DNA from: a virus
Taxonomy: Duplodnaviria > Heunggongvirae > Uroviricota > Caudoviricetes
Length of the DNA stretch: 21,453 nucleotides
IMG/VR virus record: IMGVR_UViG_648276652_000012
Direction: 5' to 3' (one strand)
The first letter of the stretch is position 1. Every line of letters begins with the position of its first letter. The translations under genes were made by a program, and so were the position numbers. Below, piece after piece: positions 7,231 through 16,011 of this stretch. The notes beneath the pieces were generated by a model, which saw only the letters and a list, made by a program, of their open reading frames with translations, was not told the DNA's origin and made no database searches.

Positions 7231-8617
7231 TGATTTCCATCAACATTACACTCTGATTTTTTAATTCATCGATCACATCCTCTGGACGGGAATCCTGATC
7301 GATAAATTTCAACGCCTGCAACACCCGAACCGCATCAATCTGACGTATATCACCGCCCTGACGCAATGACTGAACAGCCAGCGCGGAGGATGAGTCAAAC
7401 ACCTGGGCAGATACATCCAGTTCAGTGCGCACATCCACATTGCCACCGCAACTCTCTCCGCTCCATTCCGCCATTATCTGGAGAATATTATCGAGGGCAT
7501 CTTCGAGGGAGTTCGCCATTGTATAAAGCGGCGAGTGTTCCTGCATCCGCTCTTCATTAGTCTGATCAACAGATTTGGTGGATGTATTTTCAGCCCGCAG
7601 AAGTTTAGCGCCGGCATGACGCATCTGATTTTCCAGCTTCTCAAGTGATGTTTCGCCAGATTCTATCGCTGCGCCACTATGTTCAACATATTCGAGGCCA
7701 TTTTTTGTTCTGTCCTCAAAAATCGTAGCCGTGGATGCACCAACCGTCAGTTCTTCATTCCTGTCCAGCCCGTAGGCCACCAGCAATGGAACGCGGGCAA
7801 CATGAAGAATATTGTCCTGCTCGCTCTGGCTTTGCCAGTGCTTGATATTCAGCAAGCCAAGATTAAGCAATGGCGGTGTACCACGCATAAACCCTGTTTT
7901 CTTCGTATACAGTGTTACCAGAGGAATATCATCACGGCTGGTATTCCATGACTCATGAAGCATCCAGACAGATTCGCCATTAGTACCTTCGCTGCGTCGA
8001 TAAATTTCTACTCGACGGGGCATAATATGGCGGATCTGCTCCACCTTCTTCTGCCCGAAATCATCACCATCAATAATGATGACCTCTTTTATACGCAAAT
8101 CAGTGAGAACAACTTTCCCTTTTTCAACTTTCGATTTCCATCCAATAACCTGGCGTGGATTCAGCATCGTAACGTACGGGCGACCACCGGCCGCGTTTTC
8201 ATCGGCTTTTGTCCGAATCTCGTTCATATCCGTTCGTGGATAGTCCACCAGCGCATGTGCCACACCATACTGAAATGCGAGACTGAAAAATTGCTGCGCC
8301 CACACATCCAGTCGGCTCCCCTCCATGTCGATATTTTCTGCATATTCCCTGATTTTTTCCGGCGTTTCCTCACTCAATACTGTCGGCTCTGCAAATATGC
8401 GCCCAATATTTTGTTTGATGCTTTCTTCATACACAGGAAGTAACGTAGCCACAGACAGGCGTTTTTTATAAGCGTCTTCATCTTCATTAGGCCATTTGGG
8501 GAGATAATTTTCCCCCTGCCTGCGCATTTCAAGCGTACCGCCCATCAATGCGTCGTTAATATCCCACGCCTCCAGCATATCGTTATAGTCGAGGTTGGGT
8601 GTTGATATATCAGCCAT
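7211..8617 (-). CDS. portal protein
   Basis: 468-aa ORF starting 3 nt after the large terminase stop; ATG at 8617; called by size and synteny. Confidence 0.75.
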   Translation of the reverse strand: MADISTPNLDYNDMLEAWDINDALMGGTLEMRRQGENYLPKWPNEDEDAYKKRLSVATLLPVYEESIKQNIGRIFAEPTVLSEETPEKIREYAENIDMEGSRLDVWAQQFFSLAFQYGVAHALVDYPRTDMNEIRTKADENAAGGRPYVTMLNPRQVIGWKSKVEKGKVVLTDLRIKEVIIIDGDDFGQKKVEQIRHIMPRRVEIYRRSEGTNGESVWMLHESWNTSRDDIPLVTLYTKKTGFMRGTPPLLNLGLLNIKHWQSQSEQDNILHVARVPLLVAYGLDRNEELTVGASTATIFEDRTKNGLEYVEHSGAAIESGETSLEKLENQMRHAGAKLLRAENTSTKSVDQTNEERMQEHSPLYTMANSLEDALDNILQIMAEWSGESCGGNVDVRTELDVSAQVFDSSSALAVQSLRQGGDIRQIDAVRVLQALKFIDQDSRPEDVIDELKNQSVMLMEINDANRE

Positions 8618-8619
8618 AA

Positions 8620-9921
8620 TTAAATCCGAAGTGATGTGACTCTTCCGGTCGGTTTGACAATAGGGAATTGCTTAACGATGAAATAACCTCCGGCATCATT
8701 CGGGTGATCATTGCCAGATTTTTTATCAGGCTCCCCCTTATCATCCCAGACCTGTTGCTCCAGAGATTCGGCATATACCGGACAACGCTTCACATTAACT
8801 TTATAGCGACGCTCACCATTGGCATTGCAGAACATTGCATTCATTGAGTTAACGCGATCTTTTACTGGCGGGTTCGAGCTGTTCACCACAACGTTAAAAC
8901 CTGCCTGCTTAAGCTGGGCTATATCCGTCGTACTTGCGTTACTTGATTTTCTGGAATCTCCGGAAGCATCTGGATAAATATAAATCTCCCTCACTTTCCG
9001 GTAATCATGCCCGTCATACAGCCAGAAGCGTTCTTTAATGAGGCGGATCATATCCGGCGTATCGTAGGCATTGATGATTTCAGTTACCGCACATGGAAGC
9101 CCCAAACGCAGCACATGGACGATTCCCGCCATCTTTCCAACGTTAAAATCCATCCCAATATAAATCGGCTCCCCTGGCTGCTCCACTTCTTCGCAATTAT
9201 TCAGTTTCCGGTCAAACTGATGGTAAACAGTACCACTTGTCAGGTTAGTAAACCGTCCTAGAAGATAGGCTTTAATCAGCTCTGGAGGGTATGATTCAAG
9301 AAGTGAAGGAATGTAATCTGCTGGCAGGTTCTTTTCATTATCGAAAGTAGATGCCTGCACCAGACCATACAGTGAGGCCAGCTCTGTTTTTTCACGCACG
9401 GCTTTAACAAACTGCTCGTAGACAAATTTGAATCCTTCCGGCGTGGTTGTAACGTCAATACCGTTGCGAAGTCCATCAATCTTATAACGCATACGCGCAA
9501 TTATCTTGCGCCACGCCGTTCTGGCTTTTTCCTTCGGCAAAATGTCCAGTTCATCCACCAGCGCATTACCAATTTTGAAACCGACGATCGTTTGTGGCTT
9601 CTCCATCGATCTGCAGATAGTGGTTCCCCGATACTGGCGTCCGTAATAAAAGTGAACCTCTTTATTTCCCTCATTAATTTTTACGTTCAATCCCCAGTCA
9701 GCAGCAACTTCTTCCACTGTAGGGTAAAAAATATCGCGAATTTGGGGATACGTTGGCGCAAAATATCCCTGATTTATACCTGGATGCTCCCAAATCCCCT
9801 TGCATATGCCGCCACACCCAACCCATGTTTTGCCCGAGCCAAAACCAGCAATATAGGCTTTAAATTTATGGGGCATTGAAAGAAATCGCGCCTGAGGCAC
9901 ATTAAGCGTCGGAGAGATCAT
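8620..9921 (-). CDS. terminase large subunit
   Basis: Walker A motif AGFGSGKT near the N-terminus and an acidic nuclease-like C-terminal half. Start set at the ATG at 9921 (AAGGAG 8 nt upstream); the ORF-track start at 9930 is GTG. Confidence 0.85.
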   Translation of the reverse strand: MISPTLNVPQARFLSMPHKFKAYIAGFGSGKTWVGCGGICKGIWEHPGINQGYFAPTYPQIRDIFYPTVEEVAADWGLNVKINEGNKEVHFYYGRQYRGTTICRSMEKPQTIVGFKIGNALVDELDILPKEKARTAWRKIIARMRYKIDGLRNGIDVTTTPEGFKFVYEQFVKAVREKTELASLYGLVQASTFDNEKNLPADYIPSLLESYPPELIKAYLLGRFTNLTSGTVYHQFDRKLNNCEEVEQPGEPIYIGMDFNVGKMAGIVHVLRLGLPCAVTEIINAYDTPDMIRLIKERFWLYDGHDYRKVREIYIYPDASGDSRKSSNASTTDIAQLKQAGFNVVVNSSNPPVKDRVNSMNAMFCNANGERRYKVNVKRCPVYAESLEQQVWDDKGEPDKKSGNDHPNDAGGYFIVKQFPIVKPTGRVTSLRI

Positions 9922-10996
9922 CTTCATCACTCCTTAATCTGGCATCAACCACATTAATATTGATCGCCACAGGCTGGGGATGTTCATTATCCTCCACCGT
10001 TTCGATCTCTTTGCGCAGCTTCTGGTTCTCTATTCTGCGCCGTTCAATTTCCAGTTCCTGTAGCCGCTTATCTGCACATAATGCCCCGCCAGCAGAAAGC
10101 AAACGCAACAATTCACGCCGGGCGGCAGCCTTATCCTCCAGCAGGATCTCAACACCGTATTTTCCGAGCTTTGACCCTGCATATAATTGCCGCGCATCCC
10201 CATCAAGCAGTGTGGTATCAGCCATATAAAGCTGTCCTGTTCCCTCACCGCAGCACTTCGGGCAATCAGGATTGGGTATGGCGTTATCAACAAAGCCGAG
10301 GCCTCCATATTCCGGCTCGGGTTTACCATCTCTGGAGGCCTGTGCCGCAGCCTTATCGAATTCTGCAATATCACGCCACTGGTAGAGATGATTCTCGCCC
10401 CAGCAATAACGGCAGTTAACACGGCGAAATTGTGCCAACTGATTGGGGTCGGCCTGGACAATGGCCATCAACTGGCTCACCAGTAAATCCAGGTCTGCGG
10501 TATAGCGTTTCTGGTACTGATTGCGGAAGTAGCTGATAGCACGATAAACCCTGGCATTTCTAAGCATACGGCTGGCGTTGCTGTTAGCTGTCGCACCTTG
10601 CCCCTCATAACCAGCCAGTCGGTATGCCTCTGTCGGCTTTTTCCCCTGAGCAACCAACATGGCGAATTTTGCCTGCTGGTCAGAAATACCGAATTCATCG
10701 GGGCAGAACGAAATTTCTTCCGTGTCCCCCTCAATCAGGAGTGCATCGGATACAGCCTTTTTTTTCTGAGATTTTCCGTTCTGCCTTTGCGCAGTCTGCG
10801 CAGTTTTTTTTCGCGCACTTTTTTGCGCAGTTTTGCGCATTTCTTTCTGCGCATTTTTCGGAGTTTTTTTGATGTAACGACGGGCTGTTGCGTAGTTCAG
10901 TCCCCTTGCTTCACACCATGCCACCGGAGATATACCGGAGCGGGTGTATTCAGCAATATACTCCTGCTGCAACGCCCCCCAGTCCGGTCTGCTCAT
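9902..10996 (-). CDS. terminase small subunit-like DNA-binding protein with an atypical extended architecture
   Basis: 364-aa ORF directly upstream of the large terminase gene. N-terminal helix-turn-helix-like segment, a Lys/Gln/Ala-rich low-complexity stretch, CRYC...CPKCC cysteine pairs, and a C-terminal coiled-coil with an acidic tail. Confidence 0.55.
   Translation of the reverse strand: MSRPDWGALQQEYIAEYTRSGISPVAWCEARGLNYATARRYIKKTPKNAQKEMRKTAQKSARKKTAQTAQRQNGKSQKKKAVSDALLIEGDTEEISFCPDEFGISDQQAKFAMLVAQGKKPTEAYRLAGYEGQGATANSNASRMLRNARVYRAISYFRNQYQKRYTADLDLLVSQLMAIVQADPNQLAQFRRVNCRYCWGENHLYQWRDIAEFDKAAAQASRDGKPEPEYGGLGFVDNAIPNPDCPKCCGEGTGQLYMADTTLLDGDARQLYAGSKLGKYGVEILLEDKAAARRELLRLLSAGGALCADKRLQELEIERRRIENQKLRKEIETVEDNEHPQPVAININVVDARLRSDEDDLSDA
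10755..10870. repeat. periodic T-tract plus (T/C)GCGCA repeat array inside the small terminase gene
   Basis: Six copies of tgcgca/cgcgca at 10788, 10797, 10812, 10824, 10834 and 10848, each preceded by a T4-T8 tract; spacing 9-15 bp. Confidence 0.6.
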
Positions 10997-10999
10997 CAG

Positions 11000-11251
11000 T
11001 TAGTCCTGATTTTTATCCACCCTGAGTAGTTCGCGCAGAGCAAAGGCATCCCCTTTTCTGGCAAGCTTAAACAATGCCGCTCGTAACTCGGCTTCACCTT
11101 TCGCTCTGCCCTTACGGATGGCCGCATAAAAATCTGTCATTGCTTCCCGATTTTCTTTCAGTCGGTTCAGATCAACATCCAGAACGTCAGCGATTTGTTG
11201 TGCAGTCATCCGGCACGCTGCCAGAGACTCGACTTTCGAATACGGAATCAT
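11000..11251 (-). CDS. small hypothetical protein with a possible helix-turn-helix
   Basis: 83-aa ORF ending 3 nt before the small terminase start; ATG at 11251 has GGGGGTG upstream. Overlaps the 3' end of the upstream gene by 65 nt, so the start is uncertain. Confidence 0.4.
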   Translation of the reverse strand: MIPYSKVESLAACRMTAQQIADVLDVDLNRLKENREAMTDFYAAIRKGRAKGEAELRAALFKLARKGDAFALRELLRVDKNQD

Positions 11252-12119
11252 TTGTCACCCCCATTGATATGCAGGGTGTCTTCTTCCTGTATTTTTCGTG
11301 AAGGATTTTTACTGCAGCGTTGTTCCAGGTGACCTGATGGTGAATGCGTTTATGGCTGGCACCCATCAGTGAGATTTTTACGCACGACGGCGAATACATG
11401 ACGGAGTAAAAACTTTTAACGTAGGTTCCGGAATCCAGATACAGCTCGGTCATTCCGCCGCTGTTTTTCTGCGTCTGTTTCTGCCCTAACTGGACAGCAC
11501 CGATCGTCATAAACAATTCACCACAGCGACCGAGATTCGTGTACGTATTCACATCCTCGTTAATGCGCCCCATGAATGAGAACGGTCGATCAACCGAACA
11601 GATAAAGCTGTTCATTGCCTTGCGTTTCACCCACGAAGCATGGCCGCCATTGTCACCAAGAAAATCCCCGCCCTGCGACATAGCGATGGAAAGCGCGGGT
11701 ATTGATTCGTAATACGCCAGCATTTCAGAAAGGATCGCATCCAGTTTCCTTATCGGGAAATAGGCCTGGTCATAGTTGCGATCCACCCGAAACTGGAACT
11801 CGTGATAATCATCATCGAGCTGAATGAAGTATTTACACCCGACCAGTTTTGCCAGGTCGAAACAGGCATTACGGGCGTAAAAAATTGAGCGGCGATCACC
11901 AAAATTATCGGCTTCGTCAAAACGACTGGCAATATCGGCTTTGGAAAATACCAGCACCTGTTCACCAAATTCAGCCATGTACTGATGCCGTGTCTTATCT
12001 TCATCATCAACAACGATAAAAATTTTCCCGGTATAGCCAGCACGACGCAACGTCCGGTAAGTCAGAACTTTGTCCGGTCGCCCGTGAGTCAGAATAAAGG
12101 CGCAAAAATCATCACGCAT
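11187..12119 (-). CDS. GT-A-like putative nucleotide-sugar transferase (glycosyltransferase motifs)
   Basis: N-terminal FILTHGRPDKV...KIFIVVDDED resembles the GT2-type sugar-nucleotide binding signature; a downstream QLDDDYHEF resembles a DXD motif. No predicted transmembrane stretch. Start set at the ATG at 12119, preceded by GGAGGAGGAGGAGG. Motif-based call, not verified. Confidence 0.5.
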   Translation of the reverse strand: MRDDFCAFILTHGRPDKVLTYRTLRRAGYTGKIFIVVDDEDKTRHQYMAEFGEQVLVFSKADIASRFDEADNFGDRRSIFYARNACFDLAKLVGCKYFIQLDDDYHEFQFRVDRNYDQAYFPIRKLDAILSEMLAYYESIPALSIAMSQGGDFLGDNGGHASWVKRKAMNSFICSVDRPFSFMGRINEDVNTYTNLGRCGELFMTIGAVQLGQKQTQKNSGGMTELYLDSGTYVKSFYSVMYSPSCVKISLMGASHKRIHHQVTWNNAAVKILHEKYRKKTPCISMGVTNDSVFESRVSGSVPDDCTTNR

Positions 12120-12906
12120 ATTCCTCCTCCTCCTCCCCGCCATGCATGATCTCCACCATGCGCTGCGTCATTCGGACAAATCCATTTTCAATAGCCTGCT
12201 GATAATCAATGATCACCAGCGCCGACTCCTCGAAAAGGCACTGAATTTCAGCGGGGGCATGAGCGTAATAGTCCGCAATTCTGCTGAAATTAAACACTGT
12301 GTGACGTTCTGCCGCACACAGGAGGAATTTCTCAATATCAGGATCAAGGGACGCCGAACGTATCCGGCTGATCAGCTCCTGAGTTTTCGTATCGTCGTAC
12401 AGTTCACTGATATCCGGTTTACCGCCCGACGGCTCATAAACAGGCGTATCAATTTTCGTCGTATACGGCTCCTCCTCATTTCCTGTACCGGGCAAAACAT
12501 CCGTCAACAGTTCATCAATTTCTGTCGGGATGAAGCCTGTCAGGGAGACATCAAAATCAGCATTGATTAGGTCCGACAGCTCCATCCGCAACAGATCTTC
12601 ATCCCAGCCAGCATTCATCGGCAGGCGATTATCTGCCAGGCGGTACGCCTTTTTCTGCTCATCCGTCAGGCCAGACAGAACAATGACCGGAACAGAATCC
12701 ATTTTGAGCATTTCAGCCGCCATAACACGACCGTGACCCGCAATAATTTCGCCCTTTTCGTCAATCAGCACCGGATTAGTCCAGCCGAATTGCTTAATAC
12801 TTTCTACCAGTTGTGCCACCTGCTCAGGGCTGTGCGTCCTGGCGTTGTGCGCATACGGTGACAATTCTTGTAATGGGCGATAGACTATCTTTAATTTCTC
12901 GCTCAT
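12112..12906 (-). CDS. ParB-like nuclease domain (ParB/Srx N-terminal domain) protein
   Basis: N-terminal region PLQELSPYAHNARTHSPEQVAQLVESIKQFGWTNPVLIDEKGEIIAGHGRVMAA fits the ParB/sulfiredoxin-fold pattern; acidic C-terminus (GGEEEEEYA). Confidence 0.7.
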   Translation of the reverse strand: MSEKLKIVYRPLQELSPYAHNARTHSPEQVAQLVESIKQFGWTNPVLIDEKGEIIAGHGRVMAAEMLKMDSVPVIVLSGLTDEQKKAYRLADNRLPMNAGWDEDLLRMELSDLINADFDVSLTGFIPTEIDELLTDVLPGTGNEEEPYTTKIDTPVYEPSGGKPDISELYDDTKTQELISRIRSASLDPDIEKFLLCAAERHTVFNFSRIADYYAHAPAEIQCLFEESALVIIDYQQAIENGFVRMTQRMVEIMHGGEEEEEYA

Positions 12907-12920
12907 ACAGCCTTGCTTTA

Positions 12921-12958
12921 TGAATAAAACGCACCCCAGCAGCCAGTGCTACTGGGGA
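12921..12958 (-). terminator. rho-independent terminator downstream of trkG
   Basis: Minus strand reads ccccagtagcactggctgctgggg (imperfect roughly 10-bp stem) followed by tgcgttttattcat. Confidence 0.55.
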
Positions 12959-13043
12959 CGGAGGGGTTGCTGGTAAAGTTAGGTATTGGATCAATGAGTG
13001 AGTCAACATAATATTAAACTCACAATTATAAATCAGCCATATA

Positions 13044-14501
13044 TTAGGAGCGCCAAAAAAAACCTGAAAACAATATAATAACAGGATAAATTTCAAGGCG
13101 ACCAAGAATCATAGCTATGCACATTAAACATTTTGCAATGTCATTAAGCACTCCGAATGACGATGCAGTAGCCCCAAAACCTAATCCCATATTATTAATA
13201 CATGCAGCCACTGTTGCAAATGATGTAAGAAAATCATATCCCATACCATTTAACACCAGTATAAAAAACACCGTGAAGAGAGTATAAAGAAAAAAGAAAC
13301 TCCATACAGACCTCATTACACGATCTGTAACTATCTTCCCTCCTACATTTACACTCAACAACGCTCTGGGATGAGAAAGCTGATTTATCTCGTGTTTGCT
13401 TTGTTTGAAAAGTATAAGAAATCGAAGTGACTTAATTCCACCACAAGTTGAACCTATACATCCCCCAAAGAAACTTGACAACAGCAAAAACACTATCGTG
13501 TGCGTGGGCCAACTTGCATAATCCTGCGTAGCTAAACCATTATCAGTGAGCATGGAGCTGGCAAGAAAAAACGAATGAATAAAACTTCCATGCAAGTCAT
13601 ACATACCTATATGCCAGACCTGGAAAGAGGTAACAATGATCACCCCTAAGGCTATTAACAGAAAGAAACGAAGTTCAATATCTCTGATTAAAGGTTTTAT
13701 CGTTTTCCTGCTAATAACAATATACCAAAGAGTGAAGTTGAAAGCCGATAGCAGGGAAAAAGAACCAGCCACCAGCTCAACCAAATAGTTATTAAAATAT
13801 CCGATACTCTCGCTATGAGTTGAGAAACCACCAAGCGAAACTGTGGAAATCCCGTGACAAATAGCATCAAACAAAGGCATTCCTGCAAGTCTATAACAGA
13901 CAATACAAGCAATACCTAATAAAGAATAAGTTATCCACAGTGTCCGTGACGTATCGGCCAGGCGGGGAGTGAGTTTGTCATCCTTAAATGGCCCCGGCAT
14001 TTCTGACTGATAAAGCTTTGCACCACCAATACCCAATAATGGCAATACAGCAACCGCCAGAACAATAACTCCTAAACCACCTATAAAATTTAACTGTGAC
14101 CGATAGTACAAATATGCCCGAGGTAATGAACTAACATCATCAATTACAGTTGCTCCTGTTGTTGTTATTCCAGAAACCCCTTCAAACAGAGCATCAATGA
14201 ACGTTAAATTAAGTTCTGAGTCAATCCATAAAGGGAATGCACTAATAACAGAAAACAAAATCCAAAACATTACAATTATAATAAACCCATCACGGGTACG
14301 TAATTGAATGCCAGATTTCTTAGTTGTATACCACGCTCCGCCACCAATGCAAAAAAATATAACGAAAGTTATAAAGAAAACGAACAGGCTTTTTTCTTTA
14401 TAAAACAATGCTACAACCATTGGTGGCAACATTGAAAGACTATAGAGCCAAACCAGGAACCCACACATATGAGTAACAACTCTTACATGAGATGTATTCA
14501 T
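13044..14501 (-). CDS. trkG: Trk-system potassium uptake protein TrkG (TrkH/KtrB family)
   Basis: 485-aa polytopic membrane protein starting MNTSHVRVVTHMCGFLVWLYSL..., recognised from memory as E. coli TrkG. Markedly AT-rich compared with flanking phage genes. Start trimmed from the TTG at 14519 to the ATG at 14501. Confidence 0.9.
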   Translation of the reverse strand: MNTSHVRVVTHMCGFLVWLYSLSMLPPMVVALFYKEKSLFVFFITFVIFFCIGGGAWYTTKKSGIQLRTRDGFIIIVMFWILFSVISAFPLWIDSELNLTFIDALFEGVSGITTTGATVIDDVSSLPRAYLYYRSQLNFIGGLGVIVLAVAVLPLLGIGGAKLYQSEMPGPFKDDKLTPRLADTSRTLWITYSLLGIACIVCYRLAGMPLFDAICHGISTVSLGGFSTHSESIGYFNNYLVELVAGSFSLLSAFNFTLWYIVISRKTIKPLIRDIELRFFLLIALGVIIVTSFQVWHIGMYDLHGSFIHSFFLASSMLTDNGLATQDYASWPTHTIVFLLLSSFFGGCIGSTCGGIKSLRFLILFKQSKHEINQLSHPRALLSVNVGGKIVTDRVMRSVWSFFFLYTLFTVFFILVLNGMGYDFLTSFATVAACINNMGLGFGATASSFGVLNDIAKCLMCIAMILGRLEIYPVIILFSGFFWRS

Positions 14502-14638
14502 ATCTAAATATTCTTTCAATTATAACCACCTTGCTGCAATATTATGATTATACTGTATAAAATTTAACTCCTCTTAGATCTTACTTCACTGTTCCTTATG
14601 AAACAATCATCAAAATGAATCATATTGTAGTTAAGATT

Positions 14639-15103
14639 TTACTTTAAACACTGCTCGGTTATGTATTGCTGAGCACCTTCAAGTTGGGCCTGCATCATTA
14701 CCAGTCGTTCCCGGAGGGTGAAATAATCCCGTTCAGCGGTGTCTGCCAGTCGGGGGGAGGCTGCATTATCCACGCCGGAGGCGGTGGTGGCTTCACGCAC
14801 TGACTGACAGACTGCTTTGATGTGCAACCGACGACGACCAGCGGCAACATCATCACGCAGAACATCATTTTCAGCTTTCGCATCAGCTAACTCCTTCGTG
14901 TATTTTGCATCGAGCGCAGCAACATCACGCTGACGCATCTGCATGTCAGTAATTGCCGCGTTCGCCAGCTTCAGTTCTCTGGCATTTTTGTCGCGCTGTT
15001 CTTTGTAGGCGATGGCGTTATCACGGTAATGATTAACACCCCATGACAGGCAGACGACGATGCAGATAACCAGAGCGGAGATAATCGCGGTTACTCTGTT
15101 CAT
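14639..15103 (-). CDS. Rz: Rz i-spanin
   Basis: N-terminal transmembrane segment then a coiled-coil periplasmic domain; ATG at 15103 overlaps the endolysin stop (ATGA). Confidence 0.85.
   Translation of the reverse strand: MNRVTAIISALVICIVVCLSWGVNHYRDNAIAYKEQRDKNARELKLANAAITDMQMRQRDVAALDAKYTKELADAKAENDVLRDDVAAGRRRLHIKAVCQSVREATTASGVDNAASPRLADTAERDYFTLRERLVMMQAQLEGAQQYITEQCLK
14698..14883 (-). CDS. Rz1: Rz1 o-spanin, embedded out of frame inside Rz
   Basis: [20 protein letters not shown] lipoprotein signal with a lipobox cysteine, followed by a proline-rich PPPPP segment; entirely nested in Rz. Confidence 0.85.
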   Translation of the reverse strand: MRKLKMMFCVMMLPLVVVGCTSKQSVSQCVKPPPPPAWIMQPPPDWQTPLNGIISPSGNDW

Positions 15104-15597
15104 TGCTGACCCCACAAACAGATTTCACGCTCAATCTCACGACGAGTCATGAGACCTTTCCATTGCTTACCGCCAGCATATGTCCAGCGACGTAGCTGAT
15201 CACATGCGCCTTTGATATCGCCCTGGTTTATTTTGCGAAGAAGCGTCGATGTTCTGAAATTGCCAGCACCCACGTTGTAAACGAATGAGTAAAGAGCGCC
15301 GCGCGTTGTTTCCGGTATATCGACTTTGATGTACGGGTTAATTTGTCTGGCGACCGTGGCAAGGTCTTTATTCAAGAGTGTTTTGCATTCTGCTTTGGTA
15401 TACGTTTTACCGAGCATGATGTCTTTTCCTGTATGCCCGTGACATACAGTCCATACACCAACAATATCTTTGTATGGTATGTAGCTGACACCTTCCAGAC
15501 CATCGTTACCACTTGGGCCAGTGATTAACACTGATGCTATAGCAATTGCTCCGCCACCAATAGCAGCAGCAACGGCTTTTCGTAATGATGGAGGCAT
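15100..15597 (-). CDS. R: SAR endolysin (phage 21 R-type lysozyme)
   Basis: 165 aa; weakly hydrophobic Gly/Ala-rich N-terminal signal-anchor-release segment ([20 protein letters not shown]) followed by a lysozyme domain; recognised from memory as R21-like. Confidence 0.9.
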   Translation of the reverse strand: MPPSLRKAVAAAIGGGAIAIASVLITGPSGNDGLEGVSYIPYKDIVGVWTVCHGHTGKDIMLGKTYTKAECKTLLNKDLATVARQINPYIKVDIPETTRGALYSFVYNVGAGNFRTSTLLRKINQGDIKGACDQLRRWTYAGGKQWKGLMTRREIEREICLWGQQ

Positions 15598-15812
15598 TAT
15601 TCACCTCTCGCAGCCTTGCGCTTATCTTCTTTAATCTTGAAATAAAGATTTGTCAGATACGTCAGCAGGCCAAATACCAGGCTACCCAGCACACCTATTG
15701 CCGCCCACTGTGAGGGCGTGACTTTATCGAGCAACTGTAAAAACCAGTATCCCGCACTACCCGCGGATGTTCCGTAGGCAATGCCAGTAGAGATTTTGTC
15801 CATTGATTTCAT
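15597..15812 (-). CDS. S: pinholin (phage 21 S-type holin) with dual-start motif
   Basis: 71 aa beginning MKSMDK (Met1 and Met4 starts), two transmembrane segments; GGAGG 7 nt upstream; stop overlaps the R start (TAATG). Confidence 0.9.
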   Translation of the reverse strand: MKSMDKISTGIAYGTSAGSAGYWFLQLLDKVTPSQWAAIGVLGSLVFGLLTYLTNLYFKIKEDKRKAARGE

Positions 15813-15930
15813 AGCAACGCCTCCGCAAGTAACGGATTGCGTAGTTCTTATATTGGGAAGGGGAAAAAAGAAGGCCGCAGCGTAACTATCACTGATGAAT
15901 TCAGGACAGCCAGTGGCTCCGGCTCAGTTA

Positions 15931-16006
15931 TGGTGCTGGTTAACGGACTTGAACCGCTACCCATTCGCTTACAAGGCGACTGCTCTACCATTGGAGCTAA
16001 ACCAGC
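15931..16006 (-). tRNA. tRNA, anticodon UGU by manual fold (tRNA-Thr)
   Basis: Minus-strand 76-nt sequence GCTGGTT-TA-GCTC-CAATGGTA-GAGC-A-GTCGC-CTTGTAA-GCGAA-TGGGT-AGCGG-TTCAAGT-CCGTT-AACCAGC-A-CCA. Perfect 7-bp acceptor and 4-bp D stems, T8/A9, GG in the D-loop, TTCAAGT T-loop, encoded CCA. Anticodon assignment rests on hand folding. Confidence 0.7.
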
Positions 16007-16011
16007 ATATT

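Noticed and set aside
7955-8443. Plus-strand ORF of 162 aa, and similar plus-strand ORFs at 689..955, 1905..2156, 5196..5558, 6106..6909, 7366..7951, 9007..9261, 9592..9879, 9960..10486, 10598..11029, 12142..12736, 15343..15528, 16154..16584, 18158..18880, 19576..19833, 20074..20663
   Set aside because: All lie antisense inside well-supported minus-strand genes, have no ribosome-binding site I could find, and have low-complexity or implausible compositions; treated as shadow ORFs.
10755-10870. CRISPR array
   Set aside because: The repeats are 6-9 bp units with T-tract spacers at 9-15 bp spacing inside a coding region, not 25-40 bp repeats with unique spacers of similar size; no cas genes nearby.
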